Shown in pieces: positions 39,925 through 50,153 of a stretch of 64,000 bases of DNA. Numbering within the stretch: position 1 is the stretch's first letter; every line of letters starts with the position of its first letter. The translations under genes and the position numbers were made by a program. The notes under the pieces were generated by a model, which had not been told where the DNA came from, searched no databases, and worked only from the letters and a program-made list of their open reading frames with translations. This stretch comes from Arcobacteraceae bacterium. GTDB lineage: Bacteria > Campylobacterota > Campylobacteria > Campylobacterales > Arcobacteraceae. Where the stretch lies: contig OY759974.1 in the NCBI GenBank assembly GCA_963662945.1, positions 2,400,001 to 2,464,000 on the forward strand. Direction: 5' to 3'.

Positions 39925-40314
39925 GTGTCTTATCAGTCTTGGCACCAAGAACACGCCCAAAAGCATAAAAAGCTTCTAGAGAAGCTAAAAGATTTAAGTG
40001 ACAATGAGATTATAGAGTATTTTAGTTTTGAAAATATGGTTATCAAAGAACCAGATTTTTGCCCTTTATACAAAGAGAATAGAAAATGTCACAATATGGA
40101 AAATCTGAATTGCTATTTTTGTGCTTGTCCAAACTTTAGAGTAGAGGAAAAACAAAGCACTTGTTCCATAAAAAGTAAAGATGGTGGAAGTATAAAGTCT
40201 CCTGATGGTTTTATCCATCAGGATTGCTCAAAGTGTACAGTTCCCCATAAAGTAGAATATGTCAAAAAACATTTTGATAGAGATTGGTTAAAAGTTATGA
40301 AGAATAACTTTTAA
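39925..40314 (+). CDS. Cysteine-rich small domain protein
   Basis: FCPLY..KCH..LNCYFCACP...DCSKCTVPH. Confidence 0.75.
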   Translation: MSYQSWHQEHAQKHKKLLEKLKDLSDNEIIEYFSFENMVIKEPDFCPLYKENRKCHNMENLNCYFCACPNFRVEEKQSTCSIKSKDGGSIKSPDGFIHQDCSKCTVPHKVEYVKKHFDRDWLKVMKNNF

Positions 40315-40926
40315 CTATTTCTGTACTTCCCAAGTAACTTCAACTAAAAGCTTTGTATCTTCATAGATTTTTCCAGTAAAGATATCCCCAATACTATAAG
40401 TTCCTACACCTTTTGGAGTACCACTCATAATAATATCTCCATCTTCAAAGCTCATAAATGTTTGAATCTCTTCTAACATCTCTAAAGGTTTATATATCAT
40501 CAGATCATAGTTTGCGTATTGGACAAGTTTATCATTGATAAAAAGTTCTAGTCTTAGTTTTGTAAGATCACCATTAAACGTCACAAAATCACTTAAAACA
40601 GCACTTCCATCAAAAGCTTTTGCTCGCTCCCAAGGCCAGCCTTTCTCTTTAATCTTATTTTGTATATTGGCTTTTGTTAAATCAAGTCCAAATCCTATAC
40701 CAGAGATTTGCTTGTTTTGAATGAGAAAACAAATTTCCCCCTCAAATCTTGTATCTGGTGTGAAGTAGTGTAGTTGATTTGTTATAGCAGAGTTTGGTTT
40801 GTTGAATACTACCATTGTATCAGGTGTTTCATTGTTTAACTCCTTTATGTGTTCTACATAGTTTCTCCCTATGCAGATTACTTTTGATGGTGTTATACAA
40901 CTATCGTTAAATACTAGGGTTTTCAT
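40315..40926 (-). CDS. Fumarylacetoacetate hydrolase family protein
   Basis: CIGRNYVEH, FEGE, WERAKAFD and GDIIMSGTPKGVG. Confidence 0.92.
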   Translation of the reverse strand: MKTLVFNDSCITPSKVICIGRNYVEHIKELNNETPDTMVVFNKPNSAITNQLHYFTPDTRFEGEICFLIQNKQISGIGFGLDLTKANIQNKIKEKGWPWERAKAFDGSAVLSDFVTFNGDLTKLRLELFINDKLVQYANYDLMIYKPLEMLEEIQTFMSFEDGDIIMSGTPKGVGTYSIGDIFTGKIYEDTKLLVEVTWEVQK

Positions 40927-41028
40927 ACTTTATACATCCTTTTAGGTTACCATATTGTATAATGGTAACCATATTTTTAGTATTATACTATAGTTAAGAT
41001 GTATATTTGTTATAGATGATTATCACTT

Positions 41029-42741
41029 TTACCACTGTTTATCTTCCTCTTTTTTCTCTTCATCATCTTCATTAGATATATCAGTTGGTTGATTGTATTT
41101 TCCACTTTTCATAGTATCAATTCTTTGTTGTATTGCATCTAACTTTGATTCAAAACTCATACCACTAGCTGTTGCAGAATCTGTATCATTTTGTGAAGAA
41201 TCTTCTTCTCCTACTTCAATTACTGCTTGTCCATTGAGTCTTTTTTCCAGCTGTAATAGTGCTTTTTCTATAGTTTTTATTTGTTTGTTTATATCTTCAT
41301 CTGAAATATCTGAATTTCCATTGTTTTTCTCTCTAAGAAGTTTTCTAATCTCTTCAAGTAGTTGTTCTATGTATTCTAATTCTGAAACTGTATAACCAGT
41401 TTTTAAAACAGAAACAATATCTTCAACCAATTCTCGTAATTTTGCAAGTGGATCTTCATCATTGAGGCTTTCTCCATTGAGTGATAGATAGGTTTTATTT
41501 AAACCATTGTACATATTGAGTATCTCTTGATAATACTCTTTTGTCTCTTCATCTGGTGCTGTATCTACTTTGATTTGATAGCTTGCAATCTGTTTTTGAA
41601 CAAATTGTCCAGCATCTTCTTCACTGTAATCCATAACTTGTAATTCAGGATAAGCTATAAGTTTCTCACTATGTTCAGTACCTGTTAAATCATACATAAA
41701 AGTATTTAAAACTTTTTCATCATCGATTTTCTTTACTGTGTTAAATATCGCTTTATTAAAGTTTGTATTTTCACTAATAGCTGTAGTACTCATCAAAATA
41801 CCAGCTTTTCTATCACTTTTCATCAATGTTTGTTTTATATAGTTGCCATCTTCATCTTTTTGCATTACAAAATCTTTGAGTTGGACAATTTGATCATAAG
41901 AAAGGTTTTCTATCTCTTCATAAGTAACGTATTTGTCCTTTACTATGGATTCATAAATTGCTCTATCTCTTTCACTTATTTCATTTGTAGTGTTTTTAAC
42001 TTCTGTGAGAGTATTTGTATCTTCCACAGGAGGTAATTCTGTATTTGTTGTATTATTAGCAGGTGTTGTAGTATTTGTTCTTGTATAGCTAGATAGAGTT
42101 GCTTCATTTTCTTTGATCTTATTATAATTTTTTGTTAGTAGTTCAAAAAAACTACTTATAGTATTTTTAAACTCAGTAGTTGAATGGGTTTTATTTTTTG
42201 GGTCAAGTATAGTTTCAACACTGTTTTTAATATCTTCATAGGTGTAGTTTTGATATGAGTATACAATCTCTCCATCAACTATTTTAATATTTTTTGGAAA
42301 CATTGTAATTGAAGCCATCATAACTTCTCCAAAATCCATAGAGTTAAAGGTTTCTACAAGGGCTTGTTTTGTTGTACTATCCATAGATTGAGGTATCAAA
42401 CTTTGTGTTTTCCCAATGCCATCTTCTACTATTCCATCTTTATTAAAATCATATTTTTCATAGTGATGTACAAGTAGGTTGTATGCACCTTCATCGCTTA
42501 AAGAATCTACATCTATCTCATTTACAAGTCGTGTATAGTTTTGTAATGTTGAGAGTTCATCTTTTGATAGAGAATTTAAAAACTCTTTTGCATTTGAAAC
42601 AGTGACATTTTGTGATTGGGCTTCTTCATATATCTTTTCAAAACTTTCTTTAAACGGTTCTCTCACTTCATAAAAGCTATCCGCCATTTTGAGATTTTTC
42701 ATAATAGATACATGTTCAGAATAATTTGTATTTGTAGTCAT
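41029..42741 (-). CDS. Large acidic hypothetical protein
   Basis: 570-aa ORF, RBS AAGGAG, EF-hand-like DFNKDGIVE and a Thr/Asn-rich linker. Confidence 0.75.
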   Translation of the reverse strand: MTTNTNYSEHVSIMKNLKMADSFYEVREPFKESFEKIYEEAQSQNVTVSNAKEFLNSLSKDELSTLQNYTRLVNEIDVDSLSDEGAYNLLVHHYEKYDFNKDGIVEDGIGKTQSLIPQSMDSTTKQALVETFNSMDFGEVMMASITMFPKNIKIVDGEIVYSYQNYTYEDIKNSVETILDPKNKTHSTTEFKNTISSFFELLTKNYNKIKENEATLSSYTRTNTTTPANNTTNTELPPVEDTNTLTEVKNTTNEISERDRAIYESIVKDKYVTYEEIENLSYDQIVQLKDFVMQKDEDGNYIKQTLMKSDRKAGILMSTTAISENTNFNKAIFNTVKKIDDEKVLNTFMYDLTGTEHSEKLIAYPELQVMDYSEEDAGQFVQKQIASYQIKVDTAPDEETKEYYQEILNMYNGLNKTYLSLNGESLNDEDPLAKLRELVEDIVSVLKTGYTVSELEYIEQLLEEIRKLLREKNNGNSDISDEDINKQIKTIEKALLQLEKRLNGQAVIEVGEEDSSQNDTDSATASGMSFESKLDAIQQRIDTMKSGKYNQPTDISNEDDEEKKEEDKQW

Positions 42742-42771
42742 AGATTTACTCCTTTAATTTTATATAATAAA

Positions 42772-42818
42772 ATCATATCAAAAAGATGTCACAGTTGTGT
42801 CACAGTTGTGTCACAGTT
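42772..42818 (-). promoter_or_regulatory. Three 11-bp direct repeats (OmpR/PhoB-type box) plus extended -10
   Basis: TGTCACAGTT(G) x3 at 42787, 42798 and 42809. The minus strand continues ATCTTTT-TGa-TATGAT. Confidence 0.75.
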
Positions 42819-42820
42819 TT

Positions 42821-43504
42821 TTATTTTAGTTTACAACCTGTTAGAGGAATAGTTTCTATAAGTTTATATTCTAGCTTACTTCTAAGACGATAGATTAAAG
42901 TTCGTAAAGTACTGTTTGATACTGTATTATATTCCCAAAGGTGATGTTCTATAGTTTCAAATGGTACAGTTTTACCTTTATTTTTATATAAAATATATAA
43001 AAGTGAAGATTCTTTTGTACTTAATTTAATAGGGTTATCTTTGTAGTATAATGTTTGATTTTTTTCATCATAGTAATAATTATTACCCAAACTTTTATAC
43101 TCTTTATTTCTTATTTTATTTTGTTTGTTTTTTGATTTAAAAATACCTAAAAGGATGGTAGATTTAAGTTCATCAATTTTAAATGGTTTGAGTAAATATC
43201 CTACAGGATTTGTTTCTATAGCTCTATTGATGGTTTCATCATCACAAAATGCTGTAAGATATATGATAGGAATATCATTTGTTTTTTTGATTTCATAAGC
43301 TATGGTGATACCATCAATACTATTTTCTAAGTTAATATCCATCAAAATAATATCTGGTGTATTTTCTTTGACACAAGCTATTGCTTCTTCAAAAGTTGTA
43401 ACAGTATTAGTGACTTCAAAACCTAGATTTTGTATTGCTCTTTTGATATCAAGAGCAACTATTGTTTCATCTTCTACTATTAAAACTTTTGTTTTTAATT
43501 CCAC
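42821..43504 (-). CDS. Response regulator (REC + wHTH)
   Basis: IVEDE, LMDINL, YLLKPF and TLRTLIYRLRSKL. Confidence 0.9.
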   Translation of the reverse strand: MELKTKVLIVEDETIVALDIKRAIQNLGFEVTNTVTTFEEAIACVKENTPDIILMDINLENSIDGITIAYEIKKTNDIPIIYLTAFCDDETINRAIETNPVGYLLKPFKIDELKSTILLGIFKSKNKQNKIRNKEYKSLGNNYYYDEKNQTLYYKDNPIKLSTKESSLLYILYKNKGKTVPFETIEHHLWEYNTVSNSTLRTLIYRLRSKLEYKLIETIPLTGCKLK

Positions 43505-45324
43505 GATATCACCACCTTTACCCCATCTTGTGTATTATGTTGAAATTTTCCTTTAAGTTGTTTTGTTGCAAGTGTTTCAACAAGAATTAATCCTAAAGTA
43601 TTAGCATTGTTTTGTTGTTCATATCCTATCCCATCATCACTAATTGAGAGTAGATAGTTTTCATTTTCTTTTTTAAGGCTAATATTTATGGTTCCATTTC
43701 CATCTACAAAAGCGTATTTAAAAGCATTGGTAATAAGTTCATTGACAATAAGTCCACAATATACAGCTTGTTCTGCTTTTATATTAACATTTATGTCAAA
43801 TTCTATTTTTATATCTTGTGTTTCAAAACTCTCTTTTAGTTCATCTACAAGTTTTTCAAAATAATCATAAGCATTGACATACGAGGGATTTTCTTGGTTA
43901 TAAAGAAGTTCATGAAGTGAACTCATAGCACTAATTCGATTTTGAATAGTTTGAAACATACTTTTAATTTTCTTTTCTTCTATCTCTTGACTTTGAAGTC
44001 TTATAAGAGAGATGATAGTTTGCATATTATTTTTTACTCTGTGATTGAGTTCTTTTAAAAGAAGATTTTTTTCATCGTAGGCTTTTTTTAAAGCTTTTGT
44101 TTTTTCTTTTACTTGATATTCTAATCTTTGTTTTTCAAATTGTTGATTAAGAATTAGTTCCATATTTGCTTCATTTTTCTTTTGTTCTAGTTGATTTATC
44201 TTGTCTGCTAAAGCAACAGAAAATACTAATGCTTCAAGGATTAAAGTGCTTTCTACAAAATATTTAAAATCATCAAAAATATAAAAAATACCTAGACTGG
44301 AAAAATACATACAAAAAGCAGCCATCGCAAATAAAAACCAACCAAACATTACAAAATAAGCTTGTCTATTTTTTTTGAGAGTTGCATAGATTGTGATACT
44401 TATTAAAAAAAGTAGTAATATCACTGAAAAGAAACTTCTATATTGGTTAAATCGATCTGTTATAAGAAATACAAAAGATAATATGATAAAAATTAATAAG
44501 TAAATGTTTAAAGTATTATTCCATTTTGGATATTGTGAAAGTTTTAAAAATGACTTTACTAGAAGTGCCAACATAAATACAGGGAAAGCCACTAAAATAC
44601 TTGCATATTTGACTAATAATATAGTGATATCTTGATTAAAAATATAAATTGAACCAAAGCCAGTATAGACAAGTTGATGAACAATAATACCTATCATATA
44701 AAGAATATAGAATAGATAGTTTTTATCATTTGTAATAAAGTATATAAAGAGATTGTAAATTGTGAGTATTAACATAGAAGCAAAAAACATAGCTAGTATC
44801 ATATTGTGTTTTTCTACTTGCTTTTCAAAACTATTTATATCCCAAAGATTTAGTTTCACTATCAGGGTTGTTATATAAGAAGATGCTTTTATATAGTATG
44901 TTTTTGTTTGATTTGGATTTAAAAAGATTTCAAAACTGGGGTTGAGACTTTCTCTTATATAATTTATTTGAAAAAGTCCATCTTCTAAATGGTTTGTATC
45001 ATAATATAATTCTACATTTGTAGTTAAAGGATTCCCATATTCTAATACTTTTTTTATAGGTTGATTTGACTGATTTGTGAGTGTAAATTTTACCCATAGA
45101 GTCAAATATGGAGAATATCCAAAACTTAATGTTTCGCTATTGTTTTTTTGAAAACTTTTTGTTTTGATTTCTTCAAAAGAAAGCTTTTGTGTATTATCTA
45201 TAAATATCTCACTCTGTGTCAAAATCTCTTGGTTTGAAGTAGTTTGAGTGATAGAAATTGTTTCATTTGAAAACATAAAACTAAATAAAGATAATAGTAA
45301 AAAAAGTGATTGCATAAAATTCAT
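43495..45324 (-). CDS. 7TM-DISM sensor histidine kinase (HisKA_2 type)
   Basis: Periplasmic DISM domain, about 7 TMs, ELNHRVKNNMQ, NELITNAFKYAF and DDGIG. Confidence 0.9.
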   Translation of the reverse strand: MNFMQSLFLLLSLFSFMFSNETISITQTTSNQEILTQSEIFIDNTQKLSFEEIKTKSFQKNNSETLSFGYSPYLTLWVKFTLTNQSNQPIKKVLEYGNPLTTNVELYYDTNHLEDGLFQINYIRESLNPSFEIFLNPNQTKTYYIKASSYITTLIVKLNLWDINSFEKQVEKHNMILAMFFASMLILTIYNLFIYFITNDKNYLFYILYMIGIIVHQLVYTGFGSIYIFNQDITILLVKYASILVAFPVFMLALLVKSFLKLSQYPKWNNTLNIYLLIFIILSFVFLITDRFNQYRSFFSVILLLFLISITIYATLKKNRQAYFVMFGWFLFAMAAFCMYFSSLGIFYIFDDFKYFVESTLILEALVFSVALADKINQLEQKKNEANMELILNQQFEKQRLEYQVKEKTKALKKAYDEKNLLLKELNHRVKNNMQTIISLIRLQSQEIEEKKIKSMFQTIQNRISAMSSLHELLYNQENPSYVNAYDYFEKLVDELKESFETQDIKIEFDINVNIKAEQAVYCGLIVNELITNAFKYAFVDGNGTINISLKKENENYLLSISDDGIGYEQQNNANTLGLILVETLATKQLKGKFQHNTQDGVKVVISWN

Positions 45325-45329
45325 AAGTT

Positions 45330-45366
45330 ATTTTACCAAAAAGATGTCACAATTGCGTCACAGTTT
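45330..45366 (-). promoter_or_regulatory. Two 11-bp direct repeats plus extended -10 (same module as 42772-42818)
   Basis: TGTCACAATTG-CGTCACAGTTT. The minus strand continues ATCTTTT-TGg-TAAAAT. Confidence 0.7.
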
Positions 45367-45434
45367 TGTTATAAGTAGATATAAATAATATAAATATATA
45401 ATACACAATTAAAAATATTTGGCAAAGGGCAGGG

Positions 45435-45644
45435 ATGTTCAATAATACTTATTGGGCTTTGGGTAACGAGGGTTACTATCGAGTAAATGATGGAAAACTA
45501 TTGTATGCACCTGCAAATAATGTTGATTATTCTGTTGATGAAGATTATGAAACAGAAGTAGAGATTGTAACACCGCAGCAACTTGAAGAGATAAATAGGA
45601 TTTTAGGTACACATTACACCATAGATGAGATTAATTCTTTATAA
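45435..45644 (+). CDS. Small acidic hypothetical protein
   Basis: 69-aa ORF with AAGGG RBS. Confidence 0.6.
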   Translation: MFNNTYWALGNEGYYRVNDGKLLYAPANNVDYSVDEDYETEVEIVTPQQLEEINRILGTHYTIDEINSL

Positions 45645-45695
45645 TTTAATTCTTTTTAGTTAAAATACAAAATCAAAATAATATAAGAGTAATCA

Positions 45696-46340
45696 ATGAA
45701 AAATAAAATAGCCAATTTCTTTACAACATCTTTACAAGGATTCTTTTGGTTAATACCAATTGTAGCGATAGGGATAATTCTTGTAGTTGTGTTTGAGAAG
45801 TTAGCTTCAATAAATGCTATTATTGCAAGTTTTTTAGGAATTCAAGCTAGTTCAAATAGTATCTTATTTGTATTGTGTGGTTTAGTATGTATTGTAATAG
45901 TATGTTATATAGCAGGACATATTCTCAATACTTTTTTAGGAGAATGGTTTAATAAAATTATCCATAAAATACCATACTATAAAAATATAGCAGATTTTTT
46001 TGAACTGTTTAATTCTGCCAAATCAGGTGATCAAGATGTCCTTGTAGTTGCTATAAAAGGTTTTGGAGTAAATAGTTACAATATAGGACTTATGTACAAT
46101 ACAAATGAATCACTTATAAAAGGTCACTATTCTGTAGTATTAAGTCATATGCCACTACAAGGTGGATTTATCTTTGAAGTACCAGGTGATGAGATATATG
46201 TGATAAAAGAGGCAAAATTCAATCATAATTTAGAATATCTTCTAACATCAGCTAGTCGTTCAATGGCAGATATACTAAAAATAGAACCAACAGAAATAGA
46301 TTCTTTGATAACATTAGTAAATTATAAAAAAGGAAAGTAA
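45696..46340 (+). CDS. DUF502-like membrane protein
   Basis: Two TMs, KIPYYKNI and P..GGFIF.VP; coupled to the TRAP genes. Confidence 0.65.
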   Translation: MKNKIANFFTTSLQGFFWLIPIVAIGIILVVVFEKLASINAIIASFLGIQASSNSILFVLCGLVCIVIVCYIAGHILNTFLGEWFNKIIHKIPYYKNIADFFELFNSAKSGDQDVLVVAIKGFGVNSYNIGLMYNTNESLIKGHYSVVLSHMPLQGGFIFEVPGDEIYVIKEAKFNHNLEYLLTSASRSMADILKIEPTEIDSLITLVNYKKGK

Positions 46341-47410
46341 TGAATAGATTTATAAAATTGATGATACTCGTGAGTATTACATCTTTATTTGCAACATCAT
46401 CGTTTGGAGCAAAAAAAGTCAAATGGAAACTTGCGATGACATGGCCAAGTACTTTAGCACCACTTGCAACGTCACCACAAAAGTTAGCAAAACTCCTAGA
46501 AGAGATGAGTGGAGGTAATTTTATTATTGAAGTGCATGGAAAAGAGAAACATAAAGCAGCTCTTTCTATTTTAGATATGGTAAAAAATAAACAATATGAG
46601 ATGGGACATACTTCTTCTTACTACTACAAAGGTAAGAGTATAAGTACAGCACTTCTGACAACTACACCTTTTGGTATGACAAGTAGTGAACAGTATGCTT
46701 GGTATTATTATGGTGGAGGAGAAGCTTTGACAAAAAAAGTGTATGATCCATTTAAAGTAGATTGTTACCCAGGTGGAAACACTGGAGTTCAAATGGGTGG
46801 ATGGTTTAGAAAAGAGATTAAGTCACTTGCAGATTTACAAGGACTTAAGATGAGAATACCAGGTATGGCTGGAGAAGTTTTTGCTAAACTTGGAGTTAAT
46901 GTGACAAATATTCCAGCAGGTGAACTTTATACAGCACTAGATAGAGGGACTATAGATGCACTAGAATGGGTTGGACCTGGTATGGATATTAAAATGGGAT
47001 TTCATAAAGTAGCTTCTTTTTATTACACAGGATGGCATGAACCAGCTTCAGAGATGCATTATTTTGTAAATCAAAGAGCATTTACAAAATTGCCACCAGA
47101 ATATCAAACAATGTTAAAAACTGCTATTAGAGCGGTAGCAGCAGATATGACTTATGATAATTTTGCTATGAGTGTTGATGCGTGGGAAAAAATGAAAAAA
47201 GAGTATCCCGATATTAAAGTGAAAACATTTCCAGTAGAAGTTCTAAAGGCTATGAAAAAAGCAACTGATGATGTTATGAACTCTTATGCTAAAAAAGATA
47301 AGTTATTTGATGAGGTGTACACTTCACAAATAAATTATATGAAGAAAGCTAGAGAGTGGACAAAAATATCAGAGTATGATTATATTACCACTACAGAAAA
47401 GGTAAAATAA
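46340..47410 (+). CDS. dctP: TRAP transporter substrate-binding protein (DctP/TakP-like)
   Basis: GNTGVQMGGWF, GLKMRIPG, DALEWVGP and YYTGWHEP. Confidence 0.9.
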   Translation: MNRFIKLMILVSITSLFATSSFGAKKVKWKLAMTWPSTLAPLATSPQKLAKLLEEMSGGNFIIEVHGKEKHKAALSILDMVKNKQYEMGHTSSYYYKGKSISTALLTTTPFGMTSSEQYAWYYYGGGEALTKKVYDPFKVDCYPGGNTGVQMGGWFRKEIKSLADLQGLKMRIPGMAGEVFAKLGVNVTNIPAGELYTALDRGTIDALEWVGPGMDIKMGFHKVASFYYTGWHEPASEMHYFVNQRAFTKLPPEYQTMLKTAIRAVAADMTYDNFAMSVDAWEKMKKEYPDIKVKTFPVEVLKAMKKATDDVMNSYAKKDKLFDEVYTSQINYMKKAREWTKISEYDYITTTEKVK

Positions 47411-47411
47411 A

Positions 47412-47945
47412 TTGCATCACGATAAACCAAATATTGCTAGGTTAAAAAGGGTTGAAAGTTTTTTCAACTCTTTTATTGATATTATAGGAAGAGTAATGGG
47501 AATATTGTTACTTCTTATGATATTTAATGTTTTATTTGATGTGCTTATGAGATATTCCTTTCATAATTCTTCTGTTGGAATGCAAGAGTTAGAATGGCAC
47601 CTTTTTTCAGTAATAACACTTTTTGGACTAGGGTATGCACTTAAAGAAGAAGCTCATGTAAGAGTTGATTTTTTGTATGATAATTTTTCTAAAAAAACAA
47701 AAGCGTATATCAATATTTTTGGTACAGTTTTATTTTTATTTCCTCTAGCATTATTAATCATTTTTGGTTCTTACGAATATGTGATGGACTCTTATAGTAT
47801 GAATGAGATTAGTCCAGATCCAGGTGGATTAACTCATAGATGGATTATAAAAGCTATGATACCTTTTGGATTTATATTTCTTATTTTAAGTGGATTAGTG
47901 TATATATTAAAAAATATTATCGTATTAAAAGAGTTAAAAAAATGA
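47412..47945 (+). CDS. dctQ: TRAP transporter small permease
   Basis: QELEWHL, HVRVD and SPDPGGL; 4 TMs. Confidence 0.9.
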   Translation: MHHDKPNIARLKRVESFFNSFIDIIGRVMGILLLLMIFNVLFDVLMRYSFHNSSVGMQELEWHLFSVITLFGLGYALKEEAHVRVDFLYDNFSKKTKAYINIFGTVLFLFPLALLIIFGSYEYVMDSYSMNEISPDPGGLTHRWIIKAMIPFGFIFLILSGLVYILKNIIVLKELKK

Positions 47946-49270
47946 TAGGTATATATATGTTTTTTACTGCACTGCTACTTTTAGCAGTTGGTTATCCAGT
48001 TGCTTTTAGTTTTGGGGCTATATCTGTTATTTTTGGATTTATCGCTGCTTTTTTTGCAATATTTCCAGATGGTGGGACACTTGTAGAAGTTGGTGAAGAG
48101 TTTTTCTCTATGTTTTCTATGATGCCTTTTAGAATTTATTCTACTATGACAAATAAACTTCTAATGGCAATACCACTTTTTATATTTATGGGAATAGTTT
48201 TAGAAAAATCAGGTCTTGCTGCACGACTTTTAGAGTCTATGGGAACACTTTTTGGAAAAGTAAGAGGTGGATTGGCTATAAGTACCGTTTTAGTTGGTTC
48301 ATTATTAGCTGCTTCAACTGGTGTTGTGGGTGCAAGTGTAGTAGCTATGGGTATTATAAGTTTACCAGTGATGTTAAAATATGGGTACTGTAAAAAACTA
48401 GCAACTGGAACTATTTGTGCTTCAGGAACTTTAGGGCAAATAATACCACCATCAATCATACTTATTATTTTAAGTGATGTATTTGGACAGGCAGCTGGAG
48501 ATATGTTTAAAGCGGCTATTATTCCAAGTGCTATTTTGGTTGGGGCTTATATTGTATATATATTAGTGATAGCAAATTTAAAAAAAGAGTTAGCACCTAT
48601 TATTGAAGCTCCAATTTCAGATCATGCAATCAGAGATGCAATATTTGCCATAATTCCTCCTTTATTGCTTGTATTAGTTGTTTTAGGTTCTATTTTTGCA
48701 GGTATAGCAACACCTACAGAATCTGCATCTGTAGGTTCTGTTGGTGCAATTGTTTTGGCAATAATGTATAAATCATTTAGTTGGAAACTTTTAGAAGAAG
48801 CTGCACTTGAAACTGTTAAAGTAACTGCTATGGTTATAGCTATTCTTATAGGTGCAACAGCTTTTTCTATGGTTTTTGTATATACAGGTGCTGATGCTCT
48901 TGTAGAAGAGTTTATGCTTGGACTTCCTGGAGAGAAATGGGGATTCTTGATTTTATCTATGGCTGTTATTATGATTCTTGGATTTTTTATTGATTTTTTT
49001 GAGATATCATATATTGTTGTACCTATTTTAATACCTATAGCAAATACAATCGGCATTGATCCAATTTGGTTTGCAATATTAATTGCTATGAATCTACAAA
49101 CCTCATTTTTAACTCCACCTTTTGGATTTAGTTTATTTTATCTTAAAGGTGTGGCACATAAGGGTGTAAAAACTATAGATATTTATAAAGGTGTTGTGCC
49201 ATTTATTTTAATACAAATTGCTGTTTTAGCTTCTATTATTATCTTTCCAGAAGTTTACGGTTTTGGTTAA
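47942..49270 (+). CDS. dctM: TRAP transporter large permease
   Basis: AIPLFIFMG, SGTLGQIIPPS, TPTE and LTPPFG. Start set at ATG 47942 (ATGA overlap with dctQ). Confidence 0.92.
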   Translation: MIGIYMFFTALLLLAVGYPVAFSFGAISVIFGFIAAFFAIFPDGGTLVEVGEEFFSMFSMMPFRIYSTMTNKLLMAIPLFIFMGIVLEKSGLAARLLESMGTLFGKVRGGLAISTVLVGSLLAASTGVVGASVVAMGIISLPVMLKYGYCKKLATGTICASGTLGQIIPPSIILIILSDVFGQAAGDMFKAAIIPSAILVGAYIVYILVIANLKKELAPIIEAPISDHAIRDAIFAIIPPLLLVLVVLGSIFAGIATPTESASVGSVGAIVLAIMYKSFSWKLLEEAALETVKVTAMVIAILIGATAFSMVFVYTGADALVEEFMLGLPGEKWGFLILSMAVIMILGFFIDFFEISYIVVPILIPIANTIGIDPIWFAILIAMNLQTSFLTPPFGFSLFYLKGVAHKGVKTIDIYKGVVPFILIQIAVLASIIIFPEVYGFG

Positions 49271-50153
49271 GACATATTTTTTTTTAATACTATGTGTATT
49301 GTTTTGGTCTGGTAATTTTGTATTAGGCAGATTTGTTAAAGATGATATATCTCCACTTGAATTAGCATTTTTTCGGTGGTTTTTTGTATTAGTTATAGTA
49401 ATGCCAATTTTAGTATTGAATTTTTCAAAACTTTTAAAAATAGTAAAAGAAAAATTTGGAATACTTTTAGTTTTAGCATTATTGGGAATTAGTGGGTTTA
49501 ATACTATACTCTATGTTGGTTTGACTATGACTACATCAACGAACGCTTTGATTATAAACTCTAGCGTACCAATTCTAATACTTCTAATGGCTTTTCTTAT
49601 TCTTAAACAAAATATCACGAGAAATCAAATACTTGGAATATTACTTTCAACATTTGGAGTAGTTTTTTTAATCCTTCATGGAAAGATAGAAAATATTTTA
49701 TTATTAGAGTTTAATAAAGGAGATCTTTGGATTATTTTCTCTTGTATTGTTTGGGCTTTATACTCAGTATTAATGAGATTTAAACCAAAAGAATTAAATG
49801 ATATTGAGTTTTTTGCAGTGATTGTTTTGATTGGTTTTATAGCACTTGTACCTTTATATCTTTCTCAAGGATATACTGTACAAAAAGAGATAGCACTTTT
49901 AAAGTCAAATTATTATATTTTTATTTATGTATCAGTTTTTGCTTCTACACTTTCATTTTATTTCTGGCATTATGGAATAGATAAAATAGGTGCGACAAAA
50001 ACTGGGCAATTTACTCATCTTATGCCAATATTTGGAAGCTTTTTGGCGTATGTATTTTTAGATGAAGTATTACAGATTTATCATATTATAGGAATGATTT
50101 TAATTTTTATTGGAATATATCTTTCATTATTTTATAAACCACAAACAAATTAG
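49263..50153 (+). CDS. DMT/EamA-family transporter
   Basis: FWSGNF, 10 TMs and duplicated EamA pattern. Confidence 0.88.
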   Translation: MVKTYFFLILCVLFWSGNFVLGRFVKDDISPLELAFFRWFFVLVIVMPILVLNFSKLLKIVKEKFGILLVLALLGISGFNTILYVGLTMTTSTNALIINSSVPILILLMAFLILKQNITRNQILGILLSTFGVVFLILHGKIENILLLEFNKGDLWIIFSCIVWALYSVLMRFKPKELNDIEFFAVIVLIGFIALVPLYLSQGYTVQKEIALLKSNYYIFIYVSVFASTLSFYFWHYGIDKIGATKTGQFTHLMPIFGSFLAYVFLDEVLQIYHIIGMILIFIGIYLSLFYKPQTN

